Shown: in pieces, positions 20,006-30,131 of the stretch | Layout of the letters: each line of letters opens with the position of its first letter | Numbering within the stretch: position 1 is the first letter of the stretch | Assembly (NCBI GenBank): GCA_963718525.1 | Contig: OY970355.1 | Coordinates: forward strand, 2,976,001 to 3,040,000 | Length of the DNA: 64,000 bases | Reading direction: 5' to 3' | DNA from: Candidatus Dormiibacterota bacterium | Lineage (GTDB): Bacteria; Chloroflexota; Dormibacteria; Aeolococcales; Aeolococcaceae | Notes under the pieces: model-generated | Database searches by the model: none | Told to the model about the DNA's origin: nothing | Seen by the model: only the letters and a program-made list of their open reading frames with translations | Position numbers and translations under genes: made by a program

Positions 20006-21110
20006 CTAGGTCGTCGCTCGGCCGTCAGGGATGGTGACTCGGACCTCGGTGCCGAGCCCCAGACCGCTGCGCACCTGAACACGCCCGCCGACGAGTGCAG
20101 CCCGCTCGCGCATCTGGATCAGACCCAGTCCGGCGGTGCGTCCCAGGCGTGCGTCGGTGGCACCGACGTCGAAGCCGTCGCCGTCGTCCTTGACCACACC
20201 AACCACCAGTCGCGGCAGGAACGAGAGGATCGCGTCCACCCGCTGAGGCCGCCCGTGCGCCAGGGCGTTGTCGAGAGCCTGCTCGAGGATCCGGTACATC
20301 GTGATCTCGGCGAGCGTTGGCATCCGGCGTTCGGAGCCGAGGATGTGGAGCAGCACGGTGCCTCGCTCACCCCAGGCGGCGAGCAGATCCCGGATGGCTC
20401 CGACGAGGCCTCGATCCTCGCTCAGCGGCAGCAATCCGGCGATCACCTCGCCGAGCTGTTCCGACGCTTCAGACGCGGCGGTTCGGCACCGCGAGCTCGC
20501 GCCGATCGCCGTGGCCGGTTCGCGGACGAGGCTCCTGCCGATGAGCTCGGCCTCGAGGGCCGCATCGGCAAGGCGCTGCATGGGTCCCTCGAGGATGAGT
20601 TCGCGCGGTCTCCGCATGCTCCACATCCGCGATCTCGTAGATCTGGCGCGCCGCCTGGCTGTAGCGGCTCGCTCGCTGGTTCGGATCGGCGACCGACTGG
20701 CCGGGAACCTGGGCGAGCTGGCGGCTCATCTTGCGAAGCACGGCCTGCTCCGCCATGACGTCACCGAGTTGGATGCGGATCCCGTCAGATCGAGTTTCAA
20801 GGCGGGTGAGCTCGGTGCTCATCTCGAGGCCTTCGGCAAAGGTCGCGGCGATGTCGGGCACGATCGCCGGTGAGGCCAGCCCCGGGAGCACCTCGAGCGC
20901 CTTCTGCCGGGACTCCTCCGAGCGGCGCAGCTTGATGAGCAGATTGGCGCGCCGGGCGCCGACGTCGATCAGCTGACGCTCGAGGTCCACCGCGAGCTCG
21001 TCGAGATCAGCGGCTCGCGCATCGAGGTGAAAGCGCAGTCCGACGAGTGGGGCGCCGGCGACCCGGACATCGATATGACCCGACGTCGTGGCTCGCGGCG
21101 CGGTTCTCAC
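20006..21110 (-). CDS. Soluble DegS-like histidine-kinase homolog lacking the phospho-His; one extra base at ~20600
   Basis: Coiled-coil N-terminus (ORF 20469..21185, start GTG 21110) joins the HATPase_c half (YRILEQALDNALAH, DDGDGFD, GLGLIQMRERA) if one T at 20600-20601 is removed. The H-box then reads ETARLILEGPMQ. Confidence 0.7.
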
Positions 21111-21117
21111 TCCGCGA

Positions 21118-21822
21118 TTATCGCCGGACGATGAACCGAAGACGCACCAGGTCGTAGAGAGTGCCAATGGAGTCGCGCATCGCACTCACACGGGAGTCCT
21201 CCTTGTGCTCCCATCGGACCGGCACCTCCGCCACCGTCCAGCCGAGCCTTCGAGCCCTGAGCAGCACCTCGGCATCGAACCCAAAGCGCAGCGTTCGGAG
21301 TGGGGTGAAGCACGCCACCGCCGCCTCGGCGGTGAATGCCTTGAAGCCACACTGGGTGTCATGCAGTCCACGAAGCGCGGCCAGACGGAGCAACCGGTTG
21401 TACGTGCGCCCCATCACCTCCCGCCGTCCCGGCTGATGGACGTCGATCTGCGACCCCGGGAGGGCGCGCGACGCGATGGCCACTGCGCAAGTCCCCTGCA
21501 GTCGCGCGCGCAAGCGCTCAACCTCCTCGATCGGCGTGCTCAGATCGGCGTCGCTGAAGACACGATGCTCTCCCATGGCACGGAGCATGCCCAGACGTAC
21601 CGCCGCACCCTTGCCGGTGTTGCGCTCGAGCGCGTGGACCTGTAACTGCGGCCAGCCTTCCGCGATGGCGCGCGACATCGCGAGGGTGTTGTCACTGCTG
21701 CCGTCGTCCACGATCAGCACCTCGTAGGGCTCGTCTCGCGAGTCCAGGTAGGAGCGCATCCGCTCCAGCGTTGCCGGCAGGCGCTGCTCCTCGTTGTAGG
21801 CAGGAACGATGATGCTGAGCAT
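21118..21822 (-). CDS. GT2 glycosyltransferase (polyprenol-phosphate glycosyltransferase-like)
   Basis: SIIVPAYNEE, VDDGSSD, NTGKGAAVR, FSDADLS, DTQCGFK. Confidence 0.9.
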   Translation of the reverse strand: MLSIIVPAYNEEQRLPATLERMRSYLDSRDEPYEVLIVDDGSSDNTLAMSRAIAEGWPQLQVHALERNTGKGAAVRLGMLRAMGEHRVFSDADLSTPIEEVERLRARLQGTCAVAIASRALPGSQIDVHQPGRREVMGRTYNRLLRLAALRGLHDTQCGFKAFTAEAAVACFTPLRTLRFGFDAEVLLRARRLGWTVAEVPVRWEHKEDSRVSAMRDSIGTLYDLVRLRFIVRR

Positions 21823-21829
21823 CGGCCGA

Positions 21830-22603
21830 TCAGCGAGCGGCTCGATGGGCTGCGGCCTCGCGGCGCTCGAGCCACCAGAAGACCGGGAGCACCGACTGCC
21901 GCCGCAAGCGCCACGGCTGGATGGCGAGCCGCCACGCCCACTCGAGGCCGATGCGGCGGACGGCCGAAGGCGCGCGGCGCACCCTGCCTGCGAGGAAATC
22001 GAGAGTGCCGCCGACGCCGATCCCCGACGCGGCCCCGATGGGGACCAGGTATCGATCCAGGAAGAGTTCCTGCCGGCCGGCGCCGAACGCTGCCAGCACC
22101 ATCTCGGGACGCGATTGCTCGACCTCATGCGCCGTCGCCCTTCCCGGTGGCCCGTCACTCACCGCCACGACCTGCAACCGCGGGTGCATCGCCACCATGC
22201 GATCGCGCGCGGCACCAGCGACGCCCGGCGCTCCCCCGACCAGAGCGATGCGGTGAGCGTGGCGTTCCGCCATCGGGAGGTACGCGCCGATGAGGTCGGC
22301 GCCGCCGATGCGCTCCACCTCCGGATGGCCGCGGCGGCGCAGTGCGCGCACCAGGCCGATGCCATCCGGTACCACGAGGGCTGCGGACTCGAGCGCTGAG
22401 CTGAACGGCTGACTGCGCCGCGCCATCATCACCATCTCGGGGTTGAGGGTGACCACCACACCCGGATGCGCCGTCTCGCCCGCCCGGCGTCGCTCCACGA
22501 TCTCAACGAGTGTTTGCACGGCGGTCGCCATGTCGACGATGTCAACCGGGCACCCGAGCACACGAGCCCGCACCGTCGTTCGCGTGGCGCGCCGGACGTC
22601 CAC
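21830..22603 (-). CDS. WecB/TagA/CpsF-family glycosyltransferase
   Basis: VTLNPE, VVPDGIG, GVGGTLDF, RAP..VRRIGLEWAWRL. Confidence 0.9.
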   Translation of the reverse strand: MDVRRATRTTVRARVLGCPVDIVDMATAVQTLVEIVERRRAGETAHPGVVVTLNPEMVMMARRSQPFSSALESAALVVPDGIGLVRALRRRGHPEVERIGGADLIGAYLPMAERHAHRIALVGGAPGVAGAARDRMVAMHPRLQVVAVSDGPPGRATAHEVEQSRPEMVLAAFGAGRQELFLDRYLVPIGAASGIGVGGTLDFLAGRVRRAPSAVRRIGLEWAWRLAIQPWRLRRQSVLPVFWWLERREAAAHRAAR

Positions 22604-22604
22604 C

Positions 22605-23006
22605 CTACCGCTTGGTGTACTGCGGCGCCTTCCGTGCTCGCTTCAGACCGTACTTCTTGCGCTCTTTCTCACGCGAATCGCGGGTGAGCAGCCCCGCCGT
22701 CTTGAGCACCGCGCGCAGCTCTGGATCGGCGGCGATCAGTGCGCGAGCGATCCCGTGGCACACGGCACCCGCCTGCCCTGCGATACCCCCACCGAAGACC
22801 TTGACCGAGACCTCGAAGCGTCCGGTCGTGTCGGTGACGCGCAAGGGCTGCGTGACCACGGTCTCGAGGTCACGGCGTCCGAAATACTCGCTGGGTGGTC
22901 GGTTGTTGACGACGATGACGCCGTCGCCGGGGACGATGCGCACGCGCGCGACGGCCGTCTTGCGACGGCCGGTGGCCTGCTTGTATGCCTCAACTGGTGC
23001 GGGCAA
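22605..23006 (-). CDS. rpsI: 30S ribosomal protein S9
   Basis: [40 protein letters not shown]. Confidence 0.98.
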   Translation of the reverse strand: MPAPVEAYKQATGRRKTAVARVRIVPGDGVIVVNNRPPSEYFGRRDLETVVTQPLRVTDTTGRFEVSVKVFGGGIAGQAGAVCHGIARALIAADPELRAVLKTAGLLTRDSREKERKKYGLKRARKAPQYTKR

Positions 23007-23463
23007 CGATGATCTCCCCTAGTTCGCCGAACGTGATCGGCTGCGGTCGCTGCGCCTCGTGTTTGTGCTCCGAGCCCGCGTAGACGCGAAGATGGGTGAG
23101 CTGCTCGGCACCGAGGGTGTTGTGCTGCAGCATTCCGCGAACGGCATGCGTGATGGGGAATGTCGCGTCCACGGCCATCGCCTCGTCGAACGTGCGCACG
23201 CGGCGTCCGCTCGGATATCCCGAGTAGCGGTCGTACTGCTTGAGGGTGCGCTTGCGTCCGGTCACCACGATGTCACGGGCATTGATCACGATGACGTGCT
23301 CACCGGTGTTGATGTGCTGCGTGAACTGCGCGCGATGCTTGCCGCGCAGGATGCGGGCGATGTTCGCTGCGAGCCGGCCGAGCGTCTGCCCCCGGGCGTC
23401 GACGAGGAACCAGCGCTGTTCGAGCTCAGCAGGCTTGGCCTGATAGGTCAGCGTGGTGGTCAT
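22990..23463 (-). CDS. rplM: 50S ribosomal protein L13
   Basis: [26 protein letters not shown]. Confidence 0.97.
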   Translation of the reverse strand: MTTTLTYQAKPAELEQRWFLVDARGQTLGRLAANIARILRGKHRAQFTQHINTGEHVIVINARDIVVTGRKRTLKQYDRYSGYPSGRRVRTFDEAMAVDATFPITHAVRGMLQHNTLGAEQLTHLRVYAGSEHKHEAQRPQPITFGELGEIIVARTS

Positions 23464-24272
23464 GCCGCGAGCTCCTGGTTGTTCGAGGGTGATTCGTAGC
23501 GCACCGACCACTGGTGCAGTCCGCGAGCCGGTGCAACGGACACCGACGGGTCACGCGTGGTGGCGGTGTCCACCAACGAGGCAAGCCACTCCGGAGCCGC
23601 CCGGCCCTGGCCGACCTTCACGAGCGCACCGGTGAACGATCGCATCATGCCGCGCAGGAATGCGTCGGCGTGCACGGTGATGACGATGGTCTCGAGGACC
23701 GGGTGGCCCTGGTGCGCTGCATCATCGCTTCCGAATGCGCCACGTTCGACGCCGACCGTCGTCACACGACGAACGGTGCTGCCACCCGGACGCGGCGAGC
23801 TCCCGAACGCGGCGAAATCGTGCCTGCCGACCAGGTGTGCGGCGGCAGCTCGCATCGCGTCGAGGTCGAGCGGACCGCGCACCGTCCACGCGGTGCGGCG
23901 CAACACTGGAGACCGGCCGTCACGGCAGACGATGAGGTAGCGATAGGTGCGGTCGACCGCGTCGCGGCGCGCATCGAAGCCGTCGGTCCGGATCGCGACG
24001 TCGCGCACCGCGAGGTCGGCGGGCAGCGTCGCGTTGAGCGCGCCTCGGAGCTCCTCCGGTGGCCAGCCTCGATCGAGCGTGCACCCCACCACCTGTCCGT
24101 GCGCATGCGCGCCGGCGTCGGTGCGTCCGGCCGCGGTGAGGGCAGGCGTCTCGGAGGTGACGGCGCGGAGCGCGTCATTGAACACGCCCATCGCGGTCCG
24201 CACGCTCGGCTGGATCTGCCAGCCGGCGAAGTCGGTGCCGTCGTACTCGAGGGTGAAGCTGTAGGTGGGCAT
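23460..24272 (-). CDS. truA: tRNA pseudouridine(38-40) synthase
   Basis: YDGTDFAGWQIQ, AGRTDAGAHA, GRHDFAAF, AFLRGMMR. Confidence 0.96.
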   Translation of the reverse strand: MPTYSFTLEYDGTDFAGWQIQPSVRTAMGVFNDALRAVTSETPALTAAGRTDAGAHAHGQVVGCTLDRGWPPEELRGALNATLPADLAVRDVAIRTDGFDARRDAVDRTYRYLIVCRDGRSPVLRRTAWTVRGPLDLDAMRAAAAHLVGRHDFAAFGSSPRPGGSTVRRVTTVGVERGAFGSDDAAHQGHPVLETIVITVHADAFLRGMMRSFTGALVKVGQGRAAPEWLASLVDTATTRDPSVSVAPARGLHQWSVRYESPSNNQELAA

Positions 24273-24286
24273 GAGTCTTCGCCTGC

Positions 24287-24640
24287 CTACTCGACCAGCT
24301 CGATGATCGCCATCGGCGCGGCGTCGCTGTGCCGTGGGGGCAGCTTGACCACGCGGGTGTAGCCGCCGGGCCGCTCCTTGTAGCGCTCGAGATACGTGGA
24401 GAAGAGCTTGTTCGACACCTCGCGGTCGTTGACGTACAGCGCGACCTTGCGGCGTGCGTTGAGGTCGTCCGGCTTGGCGTCGGTGATGACACGCTCGACC
24501 CAGCGCCGCAGCTCCTTGGCTTTCGCCTCGGTGGTCGTGATCCGGCCGTAGCGCAGCAGGGAGGTCACCTGGTTGCGCGTCATCGACTGGCGATGCGCGG
24601 CGCTGCGCCCGAACTTCCGACCGGCAATACGATGTCGCAT
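24287..24640 (-). CDS. rplQ: 50S ribosomal protein L17
   Basis: MRHR, ITTTEAKAKE, RPGGYTR. Confidence 0.98.
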   Translation of the reverse strand: MRHRIAGRKFGRSAAHRQSMTRNQVTSLLRYGRITTTEAKAKELRRWVERVITDAKPDDLNARRKVALYVNDREVSNKLFSTYLERYKERPGGYTRVVKLPPRHSDAAPMAIIELVE

Positions 24641-24652
24641 GAGTGGTGCCGG

Positions 24653-25627
24653 TTACCTCGCCATCGGCTGGAAGAGCGTGTCCAGCTCTTCCGGCGTGAC
24701 CAGCTCGCGCTGCACGAGCTTCTCGCGAATCTCATCGAGCGACTTCTGACCGAAGTTGCGCAACGTCAGCAGCTCCTCCTGCTTCATCGCGACCAGCTGA
24801 CCCACCTTGGTGATGTCATTCGCCTTGAGGCAGTTGAGCGCCCGGACGCTGAGCTCGAGGTCCTCGATCGGGACATCGGCGAGGCGGCTCGGGAGGTCGT
24901 TGCCGCGCGCCTGGCGCTGCTGCGGCGCCGCCAGGTTGTCGCCGAACCGGACGAACAGGCCGAGGTGTTCAGTGAAGAGCCCGGCGGCGCGGCTCACGGC
25001 CTCGACCGGCGCCAGCGTCCCATCGGTCCACACCTCGACGACCAGCTTGTCCCATTCCGTCTCCTGACCGACGCGGGTCTTCTCGACGAAGAAGTTGGCC
25101 TTACGCACCGGGGTGAAGATGGCGTCGATCGGGATGACACCGATCGCCTGACCTTCCTTCTTGTTGCGCTCAGCGGTGACATACCCCTTGCCACGCTCGA
25201 CCATCAGGTCCATGCGGAGCTGCGCCTTTGGCGAGTCCAGGGTGGCGATGTGCTGGCCGGGGTTGCGGATCTCAATGTCGCTGGTCGTCTCGATATCGCC
25301 GGCGGTGACGTCTCGGGGGCCGTGGACGTCAAGGCTGATGCGCACCGGGTCGGCGCTGTGCGAGAGGACGTTGATCTCTTTGATGTTGAGCAGGATCTCG
25401 GTCACGTCTTCCTTGACGTTCTCGATCGAGCTGAACTCGTGGGCGATGCCTTCGATCGATACCGAGGTGATCGCGGCGCCGGGGAGCGAGGACAGGAGCA
25501 CGCGGCGAAGCGAGTTGCCGAGCGTGACACCGAATCCGGGCTCGAGCGGCTCGATTTCGAACTTGCCGTAATCGGCGCTGCTCTCGATCTCTTTGACCGC
25601 GGGGGTGGTCATCATGTCAATTGCCAT
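24653..25627 (-). CDS. rpoA: RNA polymerase subunit alpha
   Basis: EPLEPGFGVTLGNSLRRVLLSS, LELSVRALNCLK, NFGQKSL. Confidence 0.98.
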   Translation of the reverse strand: MAIDMMTTPAVKEIESSADYGKFEIEPLEPGFGVTLGNSLRRVLLSSLPGAAITSVSIEGIAHEFSSIENVKEDVTEILLNIKEINVLSHSADPVRISLDVHGPRDVTAGDIETTSDIEIRNPGQHIATLDSPKAQLRMDLMVERGKGYVTAERNKKEGQAIGVIPIDAIFTPVRKANFFVEKTRVGQETEWDKLVVEVWTDGTLAPVEAVSRAAGLFTEHLGLFVRFGDNLAAPQQRQARGNDLPSRLADVPIEDLELSVRALNCLKANDITKVGQLVAMKQEELLTLRNFGQKSLDEIREKLVQRELVTPEELDTLFQPMAR

Positions 25628-25683
25628 TCAGGACTCCTCAACAGGGAACGGGGATGTAGCGCCGACCCTGGCGCGGAGCATGG

Positions 25684-26313
25684 TCATCTCGAGTACCACT
25701 CCACGATCAGCTGCTCTTCGATTTGTTGTTCCATCTCATGGCGCTCGGGTAAACGTGTGACCGTTCCCTTGAGCGCGGCGGCGTCGAGGGTCAGCCAGTC
25801 GGGGACCGACCTGCCGGACACCAGCGACTGCGCGTTTTCGAGCACGAGCATCTTCCGGCTCCGCTCGCGCACCTCGACCACATCCCCGGGACGGAGCTGC
25901 GCGGACGCGATGTTCAGCGCCCGGCCGTTGACCCTGAAGTGGCGGTGACTGACCAGCTGACGCGCCTCGCGACGCGAGCTGGCGAGCCCGAGCCGGTAGA
26001 CGACGTTGTCCAGCCGGCGCTCGAGCTGCTGGAGCAGGACCGTGCCGGTGACGCCCTCAGCACCCTCGGCGCGCTCGAAGTAGTGACGGAACTGGGTTTC
26101 CAGGACGCCGTAGATGCGCCGCGCCTTCTGCTTGGCGCGGAGTTGCAGGCCATAATCGCTGGCCTTGCGCCGGCGCGCGAGGCCGTGCTGACCCGGCAGC
26201 AAGCCGCTGCGCTTGTCGAACGTGCAGTTGGTCACGCATTTGGCGCCCTTGAGATAGAGCTTGGCGCCCTCGCGGCGGCAGAGACGGCAGACGGGACCGG
26301 CTTGATTGGCCAT
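25684..26313 (-). CDS. rpsD: 30S ribosomal protein S4 (Zn-binding form)
   Basis: CRLCRREG...C...C, LERRLDNVVYRLG, LIVEWYSR. Confidence 0.98.
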   Translation of the reverse strand: MANQAGPVCRLCRREGAKLYLKGAKCVTNCTFDKRSGLLPGQHGLARRRKASDYGLQLRAKQKARRIYGVLETQFRHYFERAEGAEGVTGTVLLQQLERRLDNVVYRLGLASSRREARQLVSHRHFRVNGRALNIASAQLRPGDVVEVRERSRKMLVLENAQSLVSGRSVPDWLTLDAAALKGTVTRLPERHEMEQQIEEQLIVEWYSR

Positions 26314-26322
26314 CAACTCCGC

Positions 26323-26718
26323 CTAGACCCGGCGCCGCTTTGGCGGGCGGCATCCGTTGTGAGGAATCGGGGTGACGTCGGAGATGGCGCTCACGTCCAG
26401 CCCGCTCGCCTGGAGGCTGCGGATGGCGGCCTCGCGGCCGGCGCCAGGCCCCTTGACGAAGATCTCGATGGACTTCAGGCCGTGCTCCATAGCACGCCGA
26501 GCGGCCGCCTCTGCGGTGACCTGCGCGGCGAACGGGGTGCTCTTACGCGACCCCTTGAATCCCTGTGCACCCGCCGACCCCCAGGCGATGACGTTACCCT
26601 CCGGGTCGGTGAGGCTGACGATCGTGTTGTTGAACGTCGCCAGGACGTGGGCCTGCCCAACCGCGATGTTCTTCCGCTCGCGGCGACGGGTTCGGACGAC
26701 TTTCTTCTTCTTTGCCAC
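26323..26718 (-). CDS. rpsK: 30S ribosomal protein S11
   Basis: [34 protein letters not shown]. Confidence 0.98.
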   Translation of the reverse strand: MAKKKKVVRTRRRERKNIAVGQAHVLATFNNTIVSLTDPEGNVIAWGSAGAQGFKGSRKSTPFAAQVTAEAAARRAMEHGLKSIEIFVKGPGAGREAAIRSLQASGLDVSAISDVTPIPHNGCRPPKRRRV

Positions 26719-26721
26719 GAT

Positions 26722-27108
26722 CTACTTCGTCGCCTTCTTGCGGCGCACGCCGACGGTCTTTTTGGGGCCGCGCCGCGTGCGGGCATTGGTGCGGGTGCGC
26801 TGCCCGCGAACCGGGAGACCACGCCGATGGCGCAGGCCGCGGTAGGTGCCGATCTCGGTGAGTCGCTTGATGTTGAGGGCGATCGTCCGGCGGAGGTCGC
26901 CCTCGACCCTGCCCTGGAGCTGCTTGGCGATGACGTCGCGCAATTTGCCGACCTGCGCGTCGCTCAAGTCCTTGGTGCGCGTGTCCGCGGGCACGCCGGC
27001 GAGCGACAGCATTCGCTTTGCAGTCGTCGCGCCAATCCCGTAGATGTACGTCAGGGCAATCTCGATCCGCTTGTCCCTGGGGACGTCAACGCCGGCGATA
27101 CGTGCCAT
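26722..27108 (-). CDS. rpsM: 30S ribosomal protein S13
   Basis: [24 protein letters not shown]. Confidence 0.98.
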   Translation of the reverse strand: MARIAGVDVPRDKRIEIALTYIYGIGATTAKRMLSLAGVPADTRTKDLSDAQVGKLRDVIAKQLQGRVEGDLRRTIALNIKRLTEIGTYRGLRHRRGLPVRGQRTRTNARTRRGPKKTVGVRRKKATK

Positions 27109-27117
27109 TGCTCGCCG

Positions 27118-27231
27118 TTACCCCTGACGCTGCTTGTGTTTCGGGTTCTCGCAGATCACTCTGACTGCCCCGTGGCGCTTGATGATCTTGCAGTGATCAC
27201 ACAGGCGCTTGACCGATGCTCTGACCTTCAT
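27118..27231 (-). CDS. rpmJ: 50S ribosomal protein L36
   Basis: Manual translation [37 protein letters not shown] (below the ORF-track size cutoff). Confidence 0.97.
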   Translation of the reverse strand: MKVRASVKRLCDHCKIIKRHGAVRVICENPKHKQRQG

Positions 27232-27377
27232 CCTGGTGGCGAATTCCTCTTGGTTGGCGGCGTAGGGAGCCGATGGCAATGTGCTCGATGCGTCCCGGGG
27301 CGATCCGTGACGCTGGTGCCGGCGGTACCCCGTTGCGTGCGCGCCGAACCAGGCTCATGCGAGAGCCCGAGGTGATG

Positions 27378-27407
27378 AGTATAAACCGCGTTCGAGCCGC
27401 CAGGCAA
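27378..27407 (-). promoter_or_regulatory. Sigma70-type promoter for the rpmJ-alpha operon
   Basis: TTGCCT-N18-TATACT on the minus strand, ~140 nt upstream of rpmJ. Confidence 0.65.
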
Positions 27408-27418
27408 ATCGGGGGGGC

Positions 27419-28213
27419 TCACGCCTTGACTTCCGCCAGGACCGGGTCGGGCCGCAGGGTCAGCACCTCGGGGCCGGACTCGGTGATCGCGACCGTGTGC
27501 TCGAAGTAGCAGGAGAGCTTGCCGTCGGACGTCACCACGGTCCAGTCGTCGTCGAGGACGCGGGTCTCCGGGCGACCGACGTTGACCATCGGCTCGATGG
27601 CGATGACATAGCCGGGCTTGATGAGATTGCCCGTTCCCGAACGGCCGTAGTTCGGTATCTGGGGGAGCTCGTGCATGTCCCGTCCGATCCCGTGGCCGAC
27701 GTACTGGCGGACGACGGAGTACCCCTTGAACTCGACGTACTTCTGCACGGCGGCGCCGATGTCACCGATGTGATTGCCCGGTCGGGCCGCTGCGATGCCC
27801 AGGTTGAGCGCCTCGCGGGTGGTGTCGATCAGGCGGCGCACCTCGGGCGAGCCCTCGCCGCACGCGACCGAGAGGCCGCTGTCGGCCCACCAGCCGTCAC
27901 GTATCAGTCCGCAGTCGAGCGAGACGAGGTCACCGTCCTCGATGACCTGGGGGCCCGGAATGCCGTGAACGACCTGCTCGTTGATCGAGACGCACAGCGA
28001 GTTCGGGAATCCCTCGAACCCGAGGAAGCCCGGGATGCAGTTGTGGTCGCGGATGAATGTCTCGGCCTCGCGGTCGAGATCGAGTGTGGTGATCCCGGCG
28101 CGTACCGAGCCGGCAAGCTGGGCGAGGCAGGCTCCGAGGATCTTTCCGGACGCCCGCATCTTCTCGATCTCATCAGGACGCTTCAAACGGAAGCTGACTG
28201 TCTGCATGTTCAT
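27419..28213 (-). CDS. map: Methionine aminopeptidase type I
   Basis: SINEQVVHGIP, SLDCG, WWADSG, GHGIG..MHE, AIEPM, FEHT. Confidence 0.97.
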   Translation of the reverse strand: MNMQTVSFRLKRPDEIEKMRASGKILGACLAQLAGSVRAGITTLDLDREAETFIRDHNCIPGFLGFEGFPNSLCVSINEQVVHGIPGPQVIEDGDLVSLDCGLIRDGWWADSGLSVACGEGSPEVRRLIDTTREALNLGIAAARPGNHIGDIGAAVQKYVEFKGYSVVRQYVGHGIGRDMHELPQIPNYGRSGTGNLIKPGYVIAIEPMVNVGRPETRVLDDDWTVVTSDGKLSCYFEHTVAITESGPEVLTLRPDPVLAEVKA

Positions 28214-28800
28214 GCCGTCTCCACCATGACACCGTTGCGCTTGAGAGCTTCGATGATGCGTTCGGTAATCGCGTCGATGTCACCGACACCGTCGATCGCA
28301 ACGATCGACGTGCCGGCCACGCGATAGTGCTCGAGGACCGGCGCGGTGTCCTGGCGATACACGACCAGGCGCTGAGCGAGGCCTTCGATGGTGTCGTCGC
28401 TGCGCCCCTCGGTATTCGCGCGCTTGAGGATGCGCCGACGTAGCTCGTCCTCGGGCACTTCCAGCGAGATCACCTCAGCCACGCGATCGTTGCGCTTCTC
28501 GAGCATGGCGTCCAGTGCGACGGCCTGGGGCACCGTGCGGGGAAAGCCGTCGAGGAGCGCTCCGTTCTTCGCGTCCGGCTGGTTCAGGCGGTTCTCGATC
28601 ATGCGGATGACCAGTTCATCGGGGACGAGCCCACCGGAGTCCATGATCGGTTTCGCCTCGCGCCCGAGCTCGGTGCCCTGCACCACCTCGTCGCGCAGCA
28701 TGTCTCCCGCCGCGATGTGCGGGATGCCGAGGCGCACGGCGACCCGCGATGCCTGGGTGCCCTTGCCGCTGCCGGGTGGGCCGAACATCAAGGCGATCAT
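28210..28800 (-). CDS. adk: Adenylate kinase (short-LID type)
   Basis: GPPGSGKGTQ, GGLVPD, LDGFPRT, GRSDD. Confidence 0.97.
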   Translation of the reverse strand: MIALMFGPPGSGKGTQASRVAVRLGIPHIAAGDMLRDEVVQGTELGREAKPIMDSGGLVPDELVIRMIENRLNQPDAKNGALLDGFPRTVPQAVALDAMLEKRNDRVAEVISLEVPEDELRRRILKRANTEGRSDDTIEGLAQRLVVYRQDTAPVLEHYRVAGTSIVAIDGVGDIDAITERIIEALKRNGVMVETA

Positions 28801-30131
28801 TTGATGAATCCCTTGTACTGGCGCATCAACAGCTGCGTCTCGATCTGTTTCATCGTGTCGAGGGCCACGCCGACGACGATGAGGATCGCCGTGCCGCCGA
28901 GGTAGAGGCTGGTCGATGGGACGCCGGTGAGGACCGCGGTGAGCAGGGGCAGAATCACCGTGATGAGCGCAAGGAAGAGCGCGCCGGCCAGCGTGATCCT
29001 GCCCATGACCTTGCCGAGATACTCGGCGGTGCTCCTGCCGGGACGGATGCCGGGGATGAACGTCGACTGTTTCTTCAGGTTGTCGGCGACATCGACGGGA
29101 TCGAACACGATCGCCGTGTAGAAATACGTGAAGCCCATCACGAGCACGAAGTAGATGGCGTTGTAGACCACGTTCAGAATGATGTTGCCGCCAGTTGCCT
29201 GCCAGTTGTTGGTGATCCACATGGCAACGCTCTGGGTCCACCCGCCGCTGCTCTGGAAGAGGTTGGCGAAGATGGTCGGGAACGTCATGATCGAGATCGC
29301 GAAGATGATCGGGATGACGCCCGCGGCGTTGACTCGGAGGGGTAAGAAGTTCCGGCGTCCCTGGGACGCCTGCCCGGTTCGCACGTTGAGGACTCGTTGC
29401 GCCGATTGCACCGGTATCTTCCGCTGAGCCTGCTGCACCTCGATCACGCCGGCGGTGACCGCGATGGCGATGACCGCCATGGCGAAGATCTGAAGGATGT
29501 GTCCCGTGCCGCCCGTGCCGCCGTAGCTCACGATCGCCGCCGGCAGCCGCCCGATGATCCCGACGAAGATGATCAGCGAGACGCCGTTGCCGACGCCGTA
29601 CTCCGTGATCAGCTCACCGAGCCACATCGCGATGATCGTGCCTGCGGTGAGCGTGAGGATGATGCTGATCTCGGTCGCGCCAGACGGATTGGCGAGGATG
29701 GCCCCGTCCTTGGTCACCGACGGGTTGGTGAACAGCGCGAGATACCCGAACGCCTGCAGCATCGCCAGCGGCACGGTGAGCCAGCGCGTGTAACGCGTGA
29801 TCTTCTTGCGACCGATCTCCCCTTCCTTGCTCAACTCCTTGAGCCGGACGGAGACCACCGTCATGAGCTGCATGATGATCGTGGCGTTGATGTAGGGATT
29901 CAGGCCCAGAGCGACCAGCGTGAAGCGCTGCAGTCCACCACCGCTGAAGAGGTTGAGCAGGCCGAGCAGGGTGTTGCCCGAGAACAGATCGTTGAGGGCC
30001 CGCGGATTGGTCCCGGGGATCGCGATCGCCGCGAGGATGCGAAACGCTGCCAGCAACCCGAGGGTGAAGAGCAGCTTGCGTCGCAGCTCCGGGATCCGGA
30101 TCGCCTGACCGAGCGCCTCGAGGAGATTCAC
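28797..30131 (-). CDS. secY: Preprotein translocase subunit SecY
   Basis: LFSGGGL, LGLNPYINATIIMQL, GVGNGVSLII, AGVIPIIFA, FIPGIRPG. Confidence 0.98.
   Translation of the reverse strand: MNLLEALGQAIRIPELRRKLLFTLGLLAAFRILAAIAIPGTNPRALNDLFSGNTLLGLLNLFSGGGLQRFTLVALGLNPYINATIIMQLMTVVSVRLKELSKEGEIGRKKITRYTRWLTVPLAMLQAFGYLALFTNPSVTKDGAILANPSGATEISIILTLTAGTIIAMWLGELITEYGVGNGVSLIIFVGIIGRLPAAIVSYGGTGGTGHILQIFAMAVIAIAVTAGVIEVQQAQRKIPVQSAQRVLNVRTGQASQGRRNFLPLRVNAAGVIPIIFAISIMTFPTIFANLFQSSGGWTQSVAMWITNNWQATGGNIILNVVYNAIYFVLVMGFTYFYTAIVFDPVDVADNLKKQSTFIPGIRPGRSTAEYLGKVMGRITLAGALFLALITVILPLLTAVLTGVPSTSLYLGGTAILIVVGVALDTMKQIETQLLMRQYKGFIK

Noticed and set aside
20590-20610. Programmed frameshifting in the kinase-like, TPR or lpdA genes
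   Set aside because: No slippery heptamer or stop-adjacent shift signal; a shared GAGTC context points to sequencing error or mutation.
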